Shown in pieces: positions 1 through 12,036 of a stretch of DNA of 64,000 bases. Source of the DNA: Trichosphaerium sp. ATCC 40318 (taxonomy: Eukaryota; Protista; Tubulinea); assembly GCA_038496445.1 (NCBI GenBank), contig JALMLS010000093.1:434001-498000 (forward strand), in the 5' to 3' direction. A program made the translations under genes and the position numbers. Within the stretch, counting starts at the first letter, position 1. Each line of letters starts with the position of its first letter. The notes beneath the pieces were generated by a model, which saw nothing but the letters and a program-made list of their open reading frames with translations, made no database searches and had not been told where the DNA came from.

Positions 1-30
1 ACCGTGTCATACAAGTTACATCTCTAACAG

Positions 31-583
31 AGTTCAGCAATCACCACTGACTTTGGATCTTTCGAAAAATTCCAAGGTGTTTTTTCAAAAGCTGCCAAAA
101 CTCTCTTTGGTAGTGGTTATGCCTTTCTTTATTACAGCACAGCTGAGAAGAAACTTGTGGTATCTAAATTCAAGGATCAAGCTTCCCCTATAAACTCAGG
201 TGACCTTCCACTTCTCTGTTTAGGTACCCTTTAACTTTTTTTTTCTTTTTTTTCGGTGAATTACGAAAAGTTTGTACAAAAAAATCCAACTGACAACTTT
301 TATTTCTTTAAATTTTATGCTAAATAAATAGGTGTATATCGGAGCTTTTATTTTATATAATTTTGGAACTAAAGCGTGATGTCGATTCTAGCTTTTTACC
401 TTTTTCTGATTTTGTGATATTTTTTTTTATTGATTCATTGTTTTAGATGTATGGGAACACTCGTATTATCTTCAATATAAGAACAAGCGTGCAGATTTTG
501 TTGATGCTTGGTGGTCAGTTGTAAACTGGGACAAGGTGAATCAGTTGTACTCTTTAACAGCACAAAATAATGTTGAGTTATAA
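31..583 (+). CDS. Fe/Mn superoxide dismutase, 3' part (5' end lies outside the window)
   Basis: Exons 31-223 and 447-583 splice to ...DFGSFEKFQ...FGSGYAFL...PLLCL|[28 protein letters not shown]...NNVEL*, which contains the DxWEHxYY Fe/Mn-SOD signature. Confidence 0.95.
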
Positions 584-937
584 ACAACTAATAAAGATCC
601 AACATTACGCACTTTTCTTTACAATGATTTACACAGGCTGTACTTCCTGAGACTATTAACATGGTGTACTATGTACTTCCATTTGTTACTCTGACCTTAC
701 TCTAGCGTCAACAGGACTCCCAACAACTGTCTAATACAAGATTTTAAAACACTAAGGTTCTAAAAGCAATAATTTATTGAATAAGGATGTATCCTCGCTG
801 AGTACTACCCAATAATGTGTACGTTATATGCATCACCTCCAGCTATTAATTTATTTGATTTTGAATGCCAAACTGTTTCACTGATGACATCATTGTCCAC
901 TACAACAATTAGCAACAATCAAAACATATATTTTCAG

Positions 938-2578
938 CTAGAAAATTTGTTTGGACGTACAAGGTAGTATGTGCACAACAGATTGATGGTACTTGTGAAT
1001 AAACAATACCCTTCCTTGAGCGCAACCAGTGGCTATAAATTTACCATCACTTGAAACACTTGGTCGCATCATGCAAATATGCTCTTTGGCTTCAGTTAAA
1101 AATTTTCCTAGCTCTTGGATTATAAACTGGACATGTTTAAACAAGGTACCCATTGATCCAAAGTGTCTTGAAAACACTATTGATGATGTATCAATATCAT
1201 ACAACATCGTTATGATAGGCGTATCAAATGATTGTCCAGGATCTTTACTTTTTTTACACCAACTAAGAAAACAAGTTAGGTTCAAGTTAGCAGCACAATA
1301 TTGTCAAATCTTGGTTATGCTTTTGATTGGCGTACTTGATTACAAGTTGCCTTGAGTCTGGTGTAAATGAGTAACCGAGTATAACTCCTCCAACACCCAC
1401 CTTACAACAAGACTGTACATCTGTACAATCAGATAACCATTCTTTTACGTTGTAGCAAATAATACCACTTTCTCCTTTTGTGAACCACATCACAGCTTGA
1501 TGTGAAGGTAAATATTTAAATATATGATAGGTATGTTGGTACCAAGAGTGGCACCATCTGGAGACACACACTTCATACGACTTATTTCACTGTCAAAGTC
1601 TTCAAATATCTTTTTGTGACCATATGTGCGTGTTTCTACATTGTACAAGTTCATACTTAATTTATCACCTGGTTCTAATAGAGAAGTAGTCACTAACAAT
1701 TAGCATTTTAAAGAGAACTTACCATTTATAATATGTGTGTTATCAAACCACGTAAATTCTTGCATCAGCAATGATTCTGCATTATAAGATGCTTCATGAA
1801 TTGCATACTGAGGCAACTTCTCTCCCTAGAAAAGAAAAAAATCAGATGGTTTTTTTTTTCTTCTTCTATTTGAACGTTTCCTTACATTTTTGTCACTTTG
1901 ATTATCATTGAATTTTATTACTTCCACTGTAGTACCATTATCTAATAACAAACCGAGATAATTACCATCAGGTGACCATTTATGAGTGAAATATGAACCC
2001 ATGTCAGCATTGGCAGTGTAGAACTTGTAAAATGGTGAACGTGTATGATTAGAGATTTCTGTAGGTGAACAGACATGAACACAACTTGGTCCAGAAAAAC
2101 AAACTTCATCATCATTACAAGAAGGTCTCCAAGAGCATGCCCATACCTATCAAATACTTTTGTTATTTTTAACTGTTGATTTTCATGTTCATCACGAAGC
2201 ACGTGAATGTGCAATAAATTTACGACTAGAAAAAAAAAGAACATACTTCATCGGCAGCATTACAACTGTGTAACTTTGTAAGCCGTTTTATGCCCAACAC
2301 TTTTGACAACTCCTTTATGGTACAACAGTCAAAACCAAGACCTAATATTCTGTTTTAACGCACAATACGCCAATTTTCTGCTGTAGGAGTGATATCACAG
2401 TTGATGGAAACAAGTTCGAGGTATTTTTTCTGAAAAAACGTGTGAGATTTAAACATGGCGATTATAAACCTTCCACAGCATATCAGAGCGTGTTACGCTT
2501 GACCAGTAGCTAGTTTCAGTTAAACTAACGTTAATAGTGTCAACCATACGAGCAAACCCTTGCAATTGACGCCACATC
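938..2578 (-). pseudogene. Decayed WD40/beta-propeller-like gene
   Basis: WD-like blade motifs (WSPDGNYL, VSPDGATL, YSFTPDSRQL, VSSDGKFIATG) are spread over different frames, with stops and frameshifts that introns do not explain. One clear GT-AG intron lies near 1826-1885. Confidence 0.55.
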
Positions 2579-3094
2579 ATATAAATTAGCGTGCTAAAGC
2601 GTAATTTAGACGAATAACCTCAATGAATAAAGTATTACCAAAAAACACTCCAACAAACACTCAATAGGTAGTATTGATATATCCTTCGCCGCCAGAGCCA
2701 TTGCATTTCGTTTTTCTCGCTTTGGTGTTGCCATTGTGACTGGGCTGTGGAACAAATGGTTAAGTATTCCAATTTACAGGTTTTTTTTACAATGTGTTTA
2801 CCATTGATAGAACATACTACCCTTCCTACCATTTCTTTCTTGTCACTTTAGAGAACAAACATCCTTAGTTTGGAATCGCTTTTGCATACTGTGTGTTTCT
2901 GTGACGAGCACTTTTAGCAACAATTTGGCTGTTTCATAACACGTGCCACAGACACTAAACGCTACCAACACCTTTTTAACAATGAAGCATACATGCTCTG
3001 TGACCAAGCAGTGAGAGATTTTCTACGTATGTTTATTACAGGTATTAGAGCCTTACAAAGGATTAAACTGTGTTGACATAGCAACTTTGAGAAA

Positions 3095-3869
3095 CTAGTA
3101 TCTTTGAATCTCATGTGCGCAAGTCAATTCCTTGACGCCTTTGTCATCTGTTATTGCTCCTGTTGACAAATTTATAGTATGTACACCTGTCAATGCCTTT
3201 AACCCTCCAGCTGTTATTGAGCTACATCGCACCAACGTTATAGTATGTACACCAGCCAACACCTTCAAGCCTTCATCTGTTACCTGTGTAAATGATAAAT
3301 CAATGTTATGTACACCTGCCAAGGCCTTGATGCCCTCATTTGTTATTAATTCACAACTAAACAAGTTGATAGTATGCACTCCCGCCAGCGCCTTCAAGCC
3401 TTCATCTGTTACTTGTGTAAATGATAAATCAATCTCATGTATGCCTGCCAATGCCTTGATACCCTCATCTGTAATTGATTTGCAATAATTCAAGATGATA
3501 GTATGTACGCCTGTCAATGCCTTAAGACCGTCATCTGTTACTGACTTACAATCATACAAGTTAATAGTGTGTGCCTCAGCCAACTCCTTCAAACTGTCGT
3601 CTATTTTTAATGACGTACATCAATAAAAGTCAATCATTGTATTTCGTAGCAATGGACTACCAGAAAGGAGTTTTATGTCATCTTCAGTACGTATTGTGAT
3701 ACAGCTGTATCCAACATGGTTGTGAATGATATCTCGCAAAAAGTGGCATGTTTAGGCTGAACGGAGTGTATGTGTCCCTTTGTTTCATAATATACACTAT
3801 CAGTTCAATTAGTAGTGCCATAAGGTCAAATATGTGCCGATTTGTACTGTCTGAGTCTTTTTCTTCCAT
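3095..3869 (-). pseudogene. F-box/LRR pseudogene, paralog of 13929-15092
   Basis: 21-22 aa repeats LAGVHTINLSFTQVTDEGLK. The N-terminal part (DIIHNHVGYSCITIR...LSGSPLLRNT) matches the 13929 gene but has a frameshift in the F-box and an in-frame TGA near 3620. Confidence 0.8.
3262..3480. repeat. Internal tandem duplication with 129-bp (43-codon) period in the LRR array
   Basis: ccttcaagccttcatctgttac(c/t)tgtgtaaatgataaatcaat occurs at ~3262 and ~3391. Confidence 0.8.
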
Positions 3870-4307
3870 TTAGTTAACAGTAATTCTCTCTTCAGTTTGT
3901 ATACTAGTTTTCTTCAATTTACGGCGTATTTCAGATGCCAACGTAGTCTCATTAGGGTTTTGTGACTATTGATAGTCAAGATTAATCACGTGAATCCAAC
4001 ATATTATCCGATAATGAAACAGAGAAGCTCATATCCAATTGTTGATTTAACATCATTCTTGTTCTCCTAGAATATAGCCCATTTATTAGGCAACCAATGA
4101 AGCACAAAATTTCAATCAAAGTTCTTGAATTGATTTCATAGTTAGGTGCAATTATGGTACACTCTAAGTAATGTTCTAAACGTAACATACATGCAAGCTA
4201 CACTTATCAACTACTTAGCAAAAAGTTCTCCTTAAAGTGCTTCAAGGAACCGTGGAAACTTAAAGATGACTTGTTAAGTGAACTTCGTGCTGTTAGGCTA
4301 AGGGGCA

Positions 4308-5392
4308 ATGGCTACCGTTCATCTCCAAAATATTAAGATTGTGCTATGTGGTGATCAAGGAGTAGGTAAAACATAATAAACATGAAAACAATGCTAAAGA
4401 CACAAACGGTAAGGCAAAACGCATCTGGCATGGCGTATAGATCTTGGGTTTAATCACGGAGAACCTTTTGGGGAAGTTAAAGCAAATGATGGATTAAATG
4501 TATGTTATGACAATTTCTCGGTAACACACAACTCGTGTTCCGTAGGTACGACGTATTTTGTAGAAATGAGAAATGTTTTTCGATTGCTGGTTTTGTATTT
4601 GCACGTGATGTAATCTTTACCTGGGTTTTTGTATTATGATTAACAATGCTTACTGTATGGTAGGAATATGGGATACAAGTGGTTCAGGACAGTATGATCG
4701 TTTGAGGCCTCTTTCTTATCCTTGCACGGTAATTTTTGTTTTATTGGTTTTTTTTTCTTTTTCGTTTGCTGTACAAGCGTAGAGCGATCTATTTGGCTAA
4801 CAATCGTTTGTATAGGATGTTTACTTTGTTTGCTTCTCCCTTGATGACTATGAATCGTATCAGAGCATCCCATCTAGAGTATGTTTGTAATTAATACAGG
4901 AACTTTTTTTCTTGTTTTACTTATTTGGTTTAGTGGATACCAGAGATAACACATCATACTCCTCGTGTACCGTTTATACTTGTTGGTTTAAAACCAGATG
5001 CTCGAGCTATGGCTATCTTGGAGGTAGGCCTTAAAATGATTTAGAAACATCTCACGTGCAAAAGCTAAAAATACTAAGGGTAAACCTCGTGAGTCTATTA
5101 TAAGTTGGGCGCAAGGCATTGACATGGCAAAAAGAATTCAGGTAAAGTGATAATCAAACACGTTGCTTAGTGTTCACTCGGTTACTCTTTTTGTGTAGGC
5201 TCATAGCTACATTGAAGTTGATACCATAAATGGTGTTGGTGTACGAGAATGTACTATACCTTAACTCTTTTCTAATACCCTTATTCACTTGGCTTTATAG
5301 TAGTAGATGAGGCTTGTGCTATAGTCTGTGGCGGTTGTGATAAAAAAAGTGAAGGAAGTACTTCTGATGCCAAACGATGTATCATACAATAA
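4308..5392 (+). CDS. Atypical Rho-family small GTPase (7 exons)
   Basis: IKIVLCGDQGVGKT; WDTSGSGQYDRLRPLSYP; WIPEITHHTPRVPFILVGLKPD; C-terminal CaaX CIIQ*. Confidence 0.9.
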
Positions 5393-5616
5393 GTAATAAT
5401 AAAAACAATGTGCAGTTTGTACTTTTATGGTTCAAAATTACAACTTTATTTACAGCTCACGTAACACTAGAGATGTGTACAAACGTTAGAAATGTTTCTT
5501 GTAACACAACCAGAGGAATGTGTTTTTGACACAAGAAACAATAGAAACGTTGGAAATTTTTCTCGCTGAAATGTTTCGTCACAACGTCCCTAGCGCCACT
5601 TCTTTTTCTCTATCCA

Positions 5617-7730
5617 CTATTTCTTCCTAGCTATATCAAAAGTAGCAAACAATGCACGATGGTCAGAAGGGTTAAAATCCTGAGTTCTACTTAGTTTATA
5701 ATAACAAAGAAGAAAAAACAAATTGATCAACTAACCTCTTCTTGTGGATCAAACATTGCTGCCCATGACATGTACAAGAACCAAGCAAAACAACACGAAT
5801 AGCTAACAAAAATACAGTAGTAGAGTATAGTAACGTGACAAAACCTACAATACTGGTAAGAGACATTATTAAGACCAATATAGTACCGATAAGCAAGGCC
5901 AATAACAATAGGCAAAGAAATGAGAATACATACAAACAAAGTTGTCATACTCTCTCCAAGTGATATTGACGCTCTCGATAAAACAATATTCCAATAATAC
6001 TCTGATTTATATTCTTTACCATCACCAACAATAGTAGTTTTCTTCAGTTTTAAGCTAGGGGTAGAGCTGTTAAGCCATCAAAATTTTTTTACGATTTTTT
6101 GTTGTACCGATTTTTGGAATCTTCGAAAAGAATTCTATCTGGCCTACAGATCATCCCAGGCCATGGCATATTTGAAAAGGTGTATCCTGCTTCTTCAGGT
6201 TTGTTTGGATTTTTTGATGAAACCCAAGCGTCAGTGAAGAGTGGAAGTGTGCTAGCAATAATCTGTTTAATATCAGTAAAAACAAACTTCAATATTGCAG
6301 CTGTTGGACCTCGTTAGTGCTTTCTTTGAAACGCTTCAGAATGCCTACACAAGTATGATTTTCATCAGTTATTGTATTGTGCTTTGTTAAAATATCCATA
6401 GGATGCTCATAATCCTAAATAAGAAGGTCAACGAAAACAAAACAAGAAATTTGCTCCAAAAAAAAAAGAACTGCAGTAATATAAATTGCATTGTGATTAT
6501 TTTCAACTCCACGGTTTAAAAATGAACTAATTCAAGTTCTCAATACCGTAATTTCTCGCAAAAGAACAATTAAACAAGAAACCAAGTCAAACCTTGTATG
6601 TATTGAAATCAGCCAAAATGAACTTTAAATTCTCATCAACACTATTCTCCTACAACTTTGTTACGAAGATTGCCTTTCTTAATAAATAACTAATAGCGTT
6701 GAAAATACGTACCTTAATGAACATAATGAGTTTTCTTACATTTCTGCATTGTGTACCCTTGTCGTAAGAGAAATGTGTCAAAAAAACATCCACAATTCCT
6801 ACTTTTGTGACATTCAACCTAGCCATTACACCAATCCTTGAATTCTTATCAGGAGACCTTGATCTATACTCTGAAACGTTAATAAAAGAAAATTCATTAT
6901 AACTAAAGGTGCAGGATTACTTAACGTACGTTGTAAATGATGTCTTTAAAATTTTTAAAATTGGATGACGTGATAAAATAGCTACGCCCTCTTCACTCCC
7001 CAAACCTAGTATTATGTTTTAAAATGTTTCTATAAACACAATACTATTACAACACTAATATGTGGGCATATCAGATTGCAAAGTAGGCGTGATACAAACC
7101 GAGAAATTAAAGTTCACTAAAACATCTTGGATTTTGTAGTCGAAAATAACAATTGATTGATTTTGTACCGCCTGTGACTGGTGTAGCTCTTTCATAATGA
7201 ACATAGTTATAGTATGGATTCATTAGCTTTTTTAATTGGTAAATTTGGTTGGAAGATTTATCACCGTAACTACGAACCTAAGGTGTTCATTAAGTGAAAA
7301 AAAAAAGTACAGAAAAAAAAAGTTGTACTTCTTGTAGAGCAATAACATCTGGCATTTCGCGTGTCAACTACAGATAACGTAAAAATAAGACCCCATCATA
7401 CCTTAACGTACAATACTAGCAATTTTGCGCTTACGAATAGGCCAATGAAACATAAAATTCCTAAATACCTCTGTTAATTAGCTATACATACTCTGTACGC
7501 ACCAAATATTGTATGTGCACACTTTAAACGTATTATCAGTGCTTAAACCTATAATAACGTTACAACGCTTTGTTATGTTATTTTCTACCTTTTTCTTCGC
7601 TTGTGAGGGGTGCTGGAAGCCTCGCAATGCCAAAAATGTTTAATAAAAACACTAGAGCAGCGACAGCGACCATGCATATAATAACACGACTTTTAAACCC
7701 ACGACGGGGTGTCTTATCGTTATTGTACAT
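5617..7730 (-). CDS. Membrane-anchored endonuclease/exonuclease/phosphatase (EEP) family protein
   Basis: N-terminal signal anchor; motifs TYNIW, PDVIALQEV, EGVAILSRHPI, THFS, ADFN, RPDRIL and PSDHRAL across spliced exons. Confidence 0.85.
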
Positions 7731-7996
7731 TTCAAAGTGTCAGTTTAATAACAAAGTGCTATTTTGAGAGTAATCAGCGCTTTACGTTGCATCTAATGTA
7801 ACAGTAGCAAAACACACGATTTCGACTATAATTGACCAACCGACAACAGCATCACAGCTTTCTTTCTTTCTGGAGTCACCTTCTTCCTCAGTTAATTTAA
7901 CATACGAGTTTCAAATCATCCTGGTATTTTGAGGTTCTAGAAGCACGATTTAACAACTTGTGAAAGTGAACTTGGGGTTTGACGTTTTATTCAAAA

Positions 7997-10900
7997 TCAA
8001 TGTGCTGTTCCCGTATACCATCGTTTGAGTACTATTTGAGCTGGCTTTCCTCTAGGTGTAAACGTATAATCAGATGAACCACCATGGGTTGGATCAGCTC
8101 TCCATAACCACCAGTATACTCCCTAAAATAGGTCAATGTGATTCACTACAACTTGAGAGTTAGCTCACTTTGAACCAAGGTTCAGGATATAAACTCTCTA
8201 ACAGAGCCTCATAGCAGTTAGCTTGTGCTGCTAGGTTATATGTCTGTTGCCAAACGCTTGAATCGAACGGATCAGTAGCGTTTACTCCAGTTGGCAAAGT
8301 ATGAGATGCATTACGTGGCTGATATCCAACTTCTACAAAAAATTGTTAACTTCTGTTTAGCATAATGTACCACTGTTTTCTCCTCACCTGTGAATATAAT
8401 ATCCTTTCCTGTCGCCTGACTGAGATCTTTAAGTTCTTGTACTATTGGTACCCAAGCTTCCTTTAGTTCGTCCACAGACGGATTAACTGCTTTGGTTTTT
8501 ATATTAAAGTAGCCCTCAACACTTTTTTTGGTATTTGTTAATAAAATAGCCTAACACTACCGGTTACGTACCCTATAATATCAAGTTCAGGCAGAAAACT
8601 GAGGTACGGCTTTGTTATTGCCACATTATTTGTTACAGCTGCTACAAGCTTCCCTTTATAAATAGTACGGACTACACATGTCAAAATGGTGATTGTTGAA
8701 CAACATTACCAAACTTTATGACGTCGCTCCAATCGCTCTGTCGTTCCGTGAAGGGTATAGCTGATTTATAATTAGTTAAAAGAATGCGATCCTAAATCTC
8801 ACCTAGCTCTGCGCCAACAGAAAATAGATCTACATTAATGTCTTGAGCAAGCTTGGCGTAATGACTAATGTATAGATTCTTGTAATTCTTAAAAAATTCT
8901 TCCCACATCTCTTCTGTGAAGTGGGTGCCTATTTCTCCTCGCCAATGTCCTTTTTTACCGCAATCAGGTCCCCGACAATTGGTTTGAATGTCCCAGTTTG
9001 GGTCAATATAAGGACCAAGCTGAACCTATTCCAAAAGAGTTTAAAGAAGAAAAAAATAAGAATATAATACCATCAATCCAAGGCTCTTTGCATGCTTTAC
9101 AAAATTTGAAATCTCAGTGTCTGAAGGTGTACGTAATTGAGATGGGTATTTTGCTGGATACATCAAGGTACTGTTGATATTATCAACATACCAAGTCACA
9201 AGAACTTTAATCTTTGAAGAAAAAATGAGAAAAAAAGAAAGTCTTTAACAAAAACTCTTGTTTGTACCGAATTACCACCAATTGCCGCATAACTTTCAAG
9301 AGATTCAAAGGTACCAGGGGAATCAAGTTTATAAATTGGGGAACTCCATTCACCAGCACCAAAAACAATGCCATTCTGCTTTGATTTTGGATCGTAATTT
9401 TTAGGGAAACGGATGGCAGGAACGTGTTGTATCAAACTTTTTTCTTCTTTTACCATCAATTCAATAGCTTTAGGTATAAGAGTTTGCGCTCGGCTATTTG
9501 GATTCGATGCATTAAACCTATATAAGACGTCAGCCACTTATTTACAGCAAGTTTAGAAAATCACCATTTTCTTAGTACAGTTTCTGCAGGTTTTCCGTAG
9601 GGCGTAAAGTCGTCATCACAGCCTCCACCTGTATTTCAAGTTAACAAACATAGTGCAAGTTCAATAAACCTACCATGGGTTGGATCATTCCTCCATAACC
9701 ACCAGTACACCCCTGCAATCCATTCCTGAGTGTAAACAGCTTGAAAAAAAGCTTCGAAACATTTCCTTTGTTCTTCTAAGTCAACAGCACGAACCCACAC
9801 AGAACCTTTTGCAGAGATTAGTTATTCTTCGTTTTTACCAACAGTTAATAAGTACCGTCAGTGGCATCACGACCTAGCTGTCCATAAGGCCTCTTATGAG
9901 CAGCGGAACGACTTTGATAACCGAGTTCTGCAATCAAAACTGGTAAACCAAATTTAGTATGCACTTGCTTCATTTGCTTTAGAATTGGTTGCCACGCCTA
10001 AAAGTTTCAATGTTTGCAACCTGGAAAATATGTTTTACATCTATGAGTTGAGTCACAGTAGCGTTTTCTATATCCACAGCAAGAGGGAAATATGCATCAA
10101 CACCAAGAAGATCGAGTTTAGAAAACCAATTAGGTTTCGCAAGAAAACTCGATGTGACACCAGCGTATGTTAGCAAACCTGTTACAGATATCAGCACCAT
10201 ATTATGAAAATAGTATAAACCTTTATATTGAGTGCGAACTTTGGATATAAGACCTTCCCATAGAGCTTCAGGAGCTCTTGTAGCTATAAATTGAGAAAAA
10301 AATTAGCATAACAAAAAGTCTAAGAAGGTCCTGTGTACCTATTGTTGATAGCTCTGCTCCTATTGCAAATTGTTCTACACCCTCAGATACCAACAAAGGC
10401 AAGTATGTATCAATGAGAATATCGTAGCCATCAAAGAATTTCTTCCAGTTCGGTGAGTCGTCAGGCCATGATTGACCAATGCTAAGTCTACTTGTTTCCG
10501 GCATTCCCTTACAACGTGGTGGCCCTGAGCTACAATATAACCATTAATAACCTTCGTATAAAGATAAATAAGATGTACGATCTACAGTTTCCTGGGAGCA
10601 ACCAGTTTGGATCAACGACTGGTGACAGTTCAACTTTTAACCCAAGTTTATGAGCTGTTCTTATAGCATGGCTTAATTCTTTTGTAGTAGGTGTTCTCAA
10701 TGGCGACGAATTGTTTGTGATTGGGTACACATCACTAGCGTTAATATTATCAACATACCTAGTGGCATAATAATGAGCGAGAAGCCTGTAACAAAGAAAT
10801 TGCGTTGGTGGTTTTTTTTTTATTCTTCACAGGCAAGAATCTGTACCACGTGACTAAAAATCTAATCCATGACGCTCCAGTATCAGCAACGTTAGCCATT

Positions 10901-11058
10901 GACATATCAGAAAGTGGATCATCAAAATGAATATCTGGATAAGACCACTCACCGCCTCCAAAAACTATTCCTTTCTGTTTTACGACAAAATCAGTGTTTA
11001 CTGCCGTTATGATAGTTAAAAAAAATGACAACACCAATAAGAACGCCAGAACACGCAT
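7997..11058 (-). CDS. Secreted protein with two tandem GH113-like (TIM-barrel glycoside hydrolase) domains
   Basis: Signal peptide MRVLAFLLVLSFF. Each half carries KQxGIVFGxGEWS, TWYVDNIN, DPNW, GAEL, G(V)xxYF, ExGYQ and GVYWWLW. Confidence 0.85.
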
Positions 11059-11367
11059 TTCCTTTGCGTTGTGCGTACTATCAGATACAAAACGTTGTTT
11101 GTAAAATGTCACTGCACCAGTCAACGCTAGTTGTAGTTATGTTGGCTCGTAAATGACCATATGAAGCAGTTTTGGAGCTTTTTACACTTTCCAAACTTAT
11201 CCAGCTTTTGTTTTTTTTTGGTAGTTCGCCTGTGCTCCTTGCGCGTGTGAAAGAGACTACAGTAGGTTTTTAGCTGTATTTAGATTTATAGCTTACGACT
11301 TAGAAAATACAGACCTTAACGCTTGTCCGCGAAGACGCCTTTGATCAAGCCACGCGCCTCATATAAT

Positions 11368-11815
11368 ATGAACGTAACCGCTGGAGATATTTTCTTTGCA
11401 ACTACATTCGTTTTGACTGTAATTGCTGCTCCAAAGAACCTAAACGCCTTCATGGACACTACATGGTTGACAGGAACAACCAAGAGCGATGCTTCGCCGT
11501 CTAAACAACAACACTCGAAACAAACCAAACTCCAACAAGAAGACCTCGAGATGTACGAAGAACAAGCTTTCATGTTCGAAATAGGCTGTGACGAGTGTTG
11601 TTGGTGAAAAACCAATAATACTGACAGATAGCAAACTTTGCTCGAAAGGAGTAAGAGTAAGATTTGTCGCTGGATTACCCACCAAGCACAATTTACTTTA
11701 CGTTTGTTGGCCTTGTTTTTACGAAGCAAAGATACCAGCGTCCAAAATGGGTAAACCACTCGCAACGAGTGCATGTACTATTACAAAGCTAGACAAATTC
11801 GTACAAGCGAACTAG
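11368..11815 (+). CDS. Small hypothetical protein with possible Cys-rich (Zn-ribbon-like) C-terminus
   Basis: Two overlapping ORFs (11323-11607, 11588-11815) can be joined by a short intron containing a CTGAC branch-like motif. Contains CWPC and other Cys residues; the exact junction is uncertain. Confidence 0.3.
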
Positions 11816-12036
11816 CAATCAAATAAAATCGAGTTGCGAAAAACTCAAGTGCGAATACCTTATTTTGACTCCTTTCGCGTCACTACGCATTTTAAACAAC
11901 AAAACAATCAAACAAAACTCCGAGTTGTCAAGAAAACCTGCGTATTCAAACAACAGAGCTTAAAACCACTTGAACACGTTACTAGTAATTTTGTGGTAAT
12001 TTTTTTACGGTATAACTTCCTTTTGGACGAGTTCGT

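Noticed and set aside
938-2578. Programmed frameshifting or RNA editing to explain broken frames
   Set aside because: Lesions are confined to accessory genes. The conserved-gene junctions I checked (CYFIP, WDR33, GSTZ) splice cleanly.
3615-3625. In-frame TGA as selenocysteine or stop-codon reassignment
   Set aside because: The same gene also has a frameshift. Intact genes end in TAA, TAG and TGA and show no internal stops after splicing, so pseudogenisation is simpler.
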